The notes under the pieces were generated by a model. That model saw only the letters and a program-made list of their open reading frames with translations, searched no databases and had not been told where the DNA came from. A stretch of 64,000 nt of DNA from Rickettsiales bacterium. GTDB taxonomy: Bacteria; Pseudomonadota; Alphaproteobacteria; Methylaequorales; Methylaequoraceae. The translations under genes and the position numbers were made by a program. The stretch's first letter is position 1; the number at the start of each line of letters is the position of its first letter. This document shows positions 60,506 to 64,000 of the stretch, one piece after another. The stretch is from NCBI GenBank assembly GCA_002691145.1, contig NZHE01000026.1, positions 114,546-178,545 on the forward strand. The letters are read 5' to 3'.

Positions 60506-61429
60506 ATGAAAAAAATCACCTCATTAATTCTGTTTTTCTTTTTAAATTCGTGTGCGGTTTCTGAATTTTTATTTAATGAAGATATATTATGGCTTAGGAC
60601 GATTGAAAATGTTAAATTAGTTGATCAAGACTCAAAAATAGTTCCTAATGTTCATCCAATAAAGATTTCACCCGATCGAGTACAAGGTGCTTTTAGACTT
60701 ATTCTAGTTAGATATAATCAAAAAATGGTACAATTATTTTCAGAGGACAAGTTATATGTTGTTTCACAAGCTATAAGTGAAGGACTTAGAAAAGCAAAGC
60801 CTGATCAAGATATTGTTTTTACTCTCGAGGATTGGTACAAAGGAAAATATACGAAGGATAACAAAGTAACATCAGGTAGAGTATTTTATAATAAAGATGG
60901 CTTGAATATTATTTTTGGCTCAATCCTAAGAAAGGGTTTGATGAATGAGAGTGATCCAATGGTTGCTGCAGTGAATGAGGATTTGAGGATTAACCCATAT
61001 GTTCCAGGTTCTAGAAAAATAAGTATCAAAAATAAATTCTTTCTAGCTGCTCCGCCTAAGTCCGGAGTTTTTAGACCCAGAAATGCTAAAGGAAGGGTAG
61101 ATTGGTTGGTTTTTACAAATAAAGCCTTAAGAGCAAGAGCAATGCTAGGGAATGAGGAAAAAAGAATTTCTCAAAGAAGTAAAATCGAAGTTCAAAGTCT
61201 CAGCAGTGAGGTTAAACAACTTAGAAAGGAAATTGAAAATCTGAGAAGAAACCCAAATCAAGTAAATAGAAGTTCAAACCGAGAATATCAGAGTAATAAA
61301 TATAGAACACAAAATTATAATACAGGTAGTAAAAACAATTTAGAAATCAAAGCATTAAAGAATCTAAGAAGTAAAGGTATTATAAGTGAAAAAGAGTACA
61401 GGGAAAGATTGAGACAGTTAGGCTATTAA
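60506..61429 (+). CDS. Lipoprotein with C-terminal SHOCT domain
   Basis: Lipobox 'FFLNSC', coiled-coil 'EVQSLSSEVKQLRKEIENLRR', C-terminal 'LKNLRSKGIISEKEYRERLRQL' = SHOCT motif. Confidence 0.6.
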   Translation: MKKITSLILFFFLNSCAVSEFLFNEDILWLRTIENVKLVDQDSKIVPNVHPIKISPDRVQGAFRLILVRYNQKMVQLFSEDKLYVVSQAISEGLRKAKPDQDIVFTLEDWYKGKYTKDNKVTSGRVFYNKDGLNIIFGSILRKGLMNESDPMVAAVNEDLRINPYVPGSRKISIKNKFFLAAPPKSGVFRPRNAKGRVDWLVFTNKALRARAMLGNEEKRISQRSKIEVQSLSSEVKQLRKEIENLRRNPNQVNRSSNREYQSNKYRTQNYNTGSKNNLEIKALKNLRSKGIISEKEYRERLRQLGY

Positions 61430-62163
61430 AACTCCACCTCAATATTCCAAATTAGCGCGTTTTTTGAGGCATCTTTTGTAATCCCTTTTAAGTAACCCAA
61501 TTCTAGTTCAAGCTCATATTTATTAATCAAAAATTCTTTACCTAATAAAAAACCAATTTGATGTTCTTGTTTTTGTAATGAGTGAAAATTTGATAATTCG
61601 CCAAATTCCGAGAAATTAATTAAACCTATTTTAAACAAGTTTAATATATTTTTACTAAATTCCAAATAATTGGATAACCCAAATTCAGTAGAACCCGAAG
61701 CAGAAGTACCTATTTGTTTTTCAAAAATAAAGTTTGTTATTAAACTAAACTCTTTAAATAAAAATTGATTAAGAAATTTATATTCTATTTCATCACCTTT
61801 TCTTTCACTCGAATTAAAATTATATGAGAAATAGAGCGCGCTTGCTAGGTACTGTAAGTCTATGATTTGTAGCTGATTTTGTAACTCTGTTTTTTCCCAG
61901 TCTAATGGGGTATCTGTTTTATCAGAAATGTGAAATTCTACTTCACTTTGCCAATAAGAATTCCAAGAATATTCAGTTTCAAAAACCTGATGGTAACTTT
62001 TATCAATCGAATTTGACGATTCTAAATTAAAATGACCTCTCCATTCAAATGATTGACGTCCCTCTTCTACCCTTGGACTATAGATTTTATGATGAGCATT
62101 ACCATTGTTAAATACTAACATAAAGAAAAAAAATAACAAACTACGAATCAAGTAGATCTTCAT
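61426..62163 (-). CDS. Secreted/outer-membrane hypothetical protein (possible small beta-barrel)
   Basis: Signal peptide 'MKIYLIRSLLFFFFMLVFNNGNA', alternating pattern, C-terminal '...IWNIEVEF'. Confidence 0.45.
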   Translation of the reverse strand: MKIYLIRSLLFFFFMLVFNNGNAHHKIYSPRVEEGRQSFEWRGHFNLESSNSIDKSYHQVFETEYSWNSYWQSEVEFHISDKTDTPLDWEKTELQNQLQIIDLQYLASALYFSYNFNSSERKGDEIEYKFLNQFLFKEFSLITNFIFEKQIGTSASGSTEFGLSNYLEFSKNILNLFKIGLINFSEFGELSNFHSLQKQEHQIGFLLGKEFLINKYELELELGYLKGITKDASKNALIWNIEVEF

Positions 62164-62353
62164 CTAAAATTGTCATATGAAATTGATAACTTACTTCTCC
62201 ATCTTCTTCGTCTTTATATATCAGGCCAATAAACTCATCTTTAAAATATAATTCACAAGAATTGTTTTTTACATCATCTTTAATACTAAATTTATCACTT
62301 TCAAATTTAGAGTTTAAATATAATTCTAACTTTTTTAATTCAAATTGTTTCAT
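62141..62353 (-). CDS. Small hypothetical protein (70 aa)
   Basis: ORF only; overlaps the start of the preceding gene by 23 nt. Confidence 0.25.
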   Translation of the reverse strand: MKQFELKKLELYLNSKFESDKFSIKDDVKNNSCELYFKDEFIGLIYKDEEDGEVSYQFHMTILDEDLLDS

Positions 62354-62404
62354 TGACTAGAATTTATAGTAAGAGATAATATAATACTATTACAAAATAA
62401 TAAT

Positions 62405-62794
62405 ATGAAAAATATAATTATTTTTTTCACTCTTCTTGGCGTTTTACCTCTTTATTTAGGTATTATTTTTAATAAGCAATATTTTTACTTAAATAATGAA
62501 AAAATTGAGCTTTATTGCCTTTTAATTTTATCTTTTCTGTGTGGAATGCATTGGCAAGTTCTGATATTTAAGAATAAAAATTCTATTTTTATAATGTCTA
62601 TACCAATTCTTATTTTCATTTGGGGTTGGAGCTCGCAATTTAATAATTTTTTCGATACTCGCCTTATACTAATCACAAGTTTTATCCTCTCATTATTTTT
62701 TGATTATGTCTGTAATATATTTAAGCCTGAAAAATGGTATTTAAAATTAAGAACAATTGTAACAACTTTAGTAATTATTGCACTTTTTCTGTAA
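62405..62794 (+). CDS. Small integral membrane protein (4 predicted TM helices)
   Basis: Hydrophobic segments 'IIIFFTLLGVLPLYLGIIF', 'LYCLLILSFLCGMHW', 'IFIMSIPILIFIWGW', 'LILITSFILSLFF'. Confidence 0.45.
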   Translation: MKNIIIFFTLLGVLPLYLGIIFNKQYFYLNNEKIELYCLLILSFLCGMHWQVLIFKNKNSIFIMSIPILIFIWGWSSQFNNFFDTRLILITSFILSLFFDYVCNIFKPEKWYLKLRTIVTTLVIIALFL

Positions 62795-62927
62795 TTTTTA
62801 GTACTTATATTTCAATGACTTACAAAAAAAGTAAAGATTTTTTCTTGAATTAACTCAATAAGTTAGGCAAGGTCTTAGAAGTTTATTACTTGTGGGGAGG
62901 GTTTAGGCATTACTTACATCCGTTCCG

Positions 62928-62968
62928 CATTAACATTAACATTAATATTAATGTTTAATTAATATTAA
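62928..62968 (+). promoter_or_regulatory. Tandem hexamer repeats (CATTAA)x3-TATTAA and two copies of the palindrome TTAATATTAA in the proteorhodopsin 5' region
   Basis: Read directly: 62928-62951 cattaacattaacattaatattaa; 62942-62951 and 62959-62968 are identical self-complementary TTAATATTAA; 25-65 nt upstream of the PR ATG (SD AAAGGA). Confidence 0.4.
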
Positions 62969-62993
62969 GCATAATTATGAAAGGATATTAGTT

Positions 62994-63689
62994 ATGGATG
63001 GAATGCTACAAACATCTGATTTTGTTGGTGTGACATTTTGGATCATCTCTGTTTCAATGGTTGCCTCAACTTTCTTTTTTTTCTCAGAGGCCAACAATGT
63101 TGGTAAACACTGGGGTACATCAGTCAGAGTAGCTGGTTTGGTTACTTTAATTGCTGCTGTTCACTATTATTACATGCGAGACGTATGGGTAGGCACTGGT
63201 GAAACACCAACGGTACTAAGATATATTGACTGGTTATTAACCGTACCACTTCAAATGATCGAATTCTACTTAATATTAGCTGCTGTAGGTGCTGCAACAG
63301 CTGGAATGTTCTGGCGCCTTTTAATTGGAACACTTGTTATGTTGATAGCTGGCTTCATGGGCGAAGCTGGTTTTATTAATGCAACAGTTGGTTTTGTTGT
63401 AGGCATGGCTGGATGGATTTACATTCTTTATGAAGTGTTCGCAGGTGAAGCTGCTCAAGCTAATACTTCAAGTAATTCTGAAGCTCAAAAATCAGCATTT
63501 AATGCTATGAAATGGATTGTATCAATAGGTTGGTCTATTTACCCTATTGGATATTTCTTAGGATATCTCGCAGGAGGCACTGATGATAGTTCATTAAATG
63601 CAATTTATAATTTAGCAGACTTTATCAACAAGATTTTGTTTGGTCTAGTAATCTGGGCAGCTGCAAAGTCTGAAACTGCTAAAGCTTAA
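62994..63689 (+). CDS. Proteorhodopsin, blue-tuned (Gln at the spectral-tuning position)
   Basis: 'RYIDWLLTVPLQMIEFYLIL' (Asp acceptor, Gln tuning residue, Glu donor), Schiff-base lysine in 'DFINKILFGL', 7 TM helices; 231 aa. Confidence 0.95.
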   Translation: MDGMLQTSDFVGVTFWIISVSMVASTFFFFSEANNVGKHWGTSVRVAGLVTLIAAVHYYYMRDVWVGTGETPTVLRYIDWLLTVPLQMIEFYLILAAVGAATAGMFWRLLIGTLVMLIAGFMGEAGFINATVGFVVGMAGWIYILYEVFAGEAAQANTSSNSEAQKSAFNAMKWIVSIGWSIYPIGYFLGYLAGGTDDSSLNAIYNLADFINKILFGLVIWAAAKSETAKA

Positions 63690-63712
63690 ATAGCTAATGT
63701 TTCTTTAATTTA

Positions 63713-63747
63713 AAAGGGGAAGTACAAATTACTTCCCCTTTTTTTTA
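63713..63747 (+). terminator. Rho-independent terminator after proteorhodopsin
   Basis: AAGGGGAAGTA-caaatt-ACTTCCCCTT followed by T8. Confidence 0.8.
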
Positions 63748-63749
63748 AG

Positions 63750-64000
63750 ATGAGCAAAATTTTATTAAATAAAAAATCCATTGAAAATATAAATGTTCTT
63801 GCAAACAGTAAACACTGGAACATTATTAATGATTATAATGTAAAAAATTTAAATCTAAATCTGAACTCAAAGCTCCTAAGAACCCAATTAAAAAAAGTTG
63901 AAAAACTTATTTCTGAACAGACATGTGACAATTCTTGGATGGGAGAATGTGCTAAGTATCACCTAAATTCAGGAGGAAAAAGGTTTAGAGCAGCTCTCGC
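63750..64000 (+). CDS. crtE: Polyprenyl (geranylgeranyl) diphosphate synthase CrtE-like, 3'-truncated by window end
   Basis: Not in the ORF track because it has no stop. Translation 'MSKILLNKKSIENINVL...ECAKYHLNSGGKRFRAALA' carries the 'GGKR.R' motif that precedes the first DDxxD of trans-prenyltransferases. Located directly downstream of PR, as expected for retinal/carotenoid genes. Confidence 0.55.
   Translation, partial: MSKILLNKKSIENINVLANSKHWNIINDYNVKNLNLNLNSKLLRTQLKKVEKLISEQTCDNSWMGECAKYHLNSGGKRFRAAL

Overview
This 64 kb window is AT-rich (roughly 30% GC) and gene-dense, with tiny or overlapping intergenic spacers and about 80 features. The gene content and a proteorhodopsin gene at the 3' end suggest a SAR11/Pelagibacter-like streamlined marine alphaproteobacterium, but I cannot confirm that without a database search. 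Almost everything is core housekeeping genes.

Genes present, in order:
- A complete ISC Fe-S cluster assembly operon (iscS-iscU-iscA-hscB-hscA-fdx-iscX) immediately followed by mnmA, with cysE upstream.
- tyrS, an AsmA/YhdP-like envelope protein, bcp, prfB, PBP1A (mrcA) and an Amidase_3 cell-wall amidase.
- rne, aroQ-accB-accC-aat, clpS-clpA, a manB-ugd-galU plus glycosyltransferase surface-sugar cluster, fhs and pyrE.
- thiO-thiS-thiG, msrB, the alphaproteobacterial hemA (5-aminolevulinate synthase), pdxH, fabI-aroC and tlyA-ispA-xseB-tusA.
- An NMT1/SsuA-family ABC transporter followed by exbB-exbD-exbD-tonB, a highly expressed porin-like beta-barrel and an uncharacterised envelope cluster.
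- Proteorhodopsin with the Gln blue-tuning residue, with the start of a crtE-like polyprenyl synthase immediately downstream.
- One tRNA(CAU) on the minus strand near the 5' end, flanked by the least housekeeping-like genes: two tandem paralogous methyltransferase-like genes, a fused tautomerase and a zinc-ribbon methyltransferase.

Notable sequence-level observations:
- The classic programmed +1 frameshift is present in prfB.
- Three otherwise intact genes (amidase, GT4 glycosyltransferase, thiO) are each broken exactly at an 8-12 nt A/T homopolymer. This points to homopolymer-length sequencing or assembly errors, or possibly slipped-strand phase variation for the glycosyltransferase.
- A PQQ-type sugar dehydrogenase sits in an operon with a cytochrome c.
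- A TonB energising system has no TonB-dependent receptor in the window.
- The porin has an extended -10 promoter overlapped by a perfect inverted repeat.
- Palindromic and tandem hexamer repeats lie upstream of proteorhodopsin.

I found no integrase, transposase, CRISPR array or recognisable defence system. I see no single clearly novel system; the most intriguing unexplained elements are the tRNA-flanking methyltransferase/tautomerase block and the lipoprotein/outer-membrane-protein cluster between the porin and proteorhodopsin.
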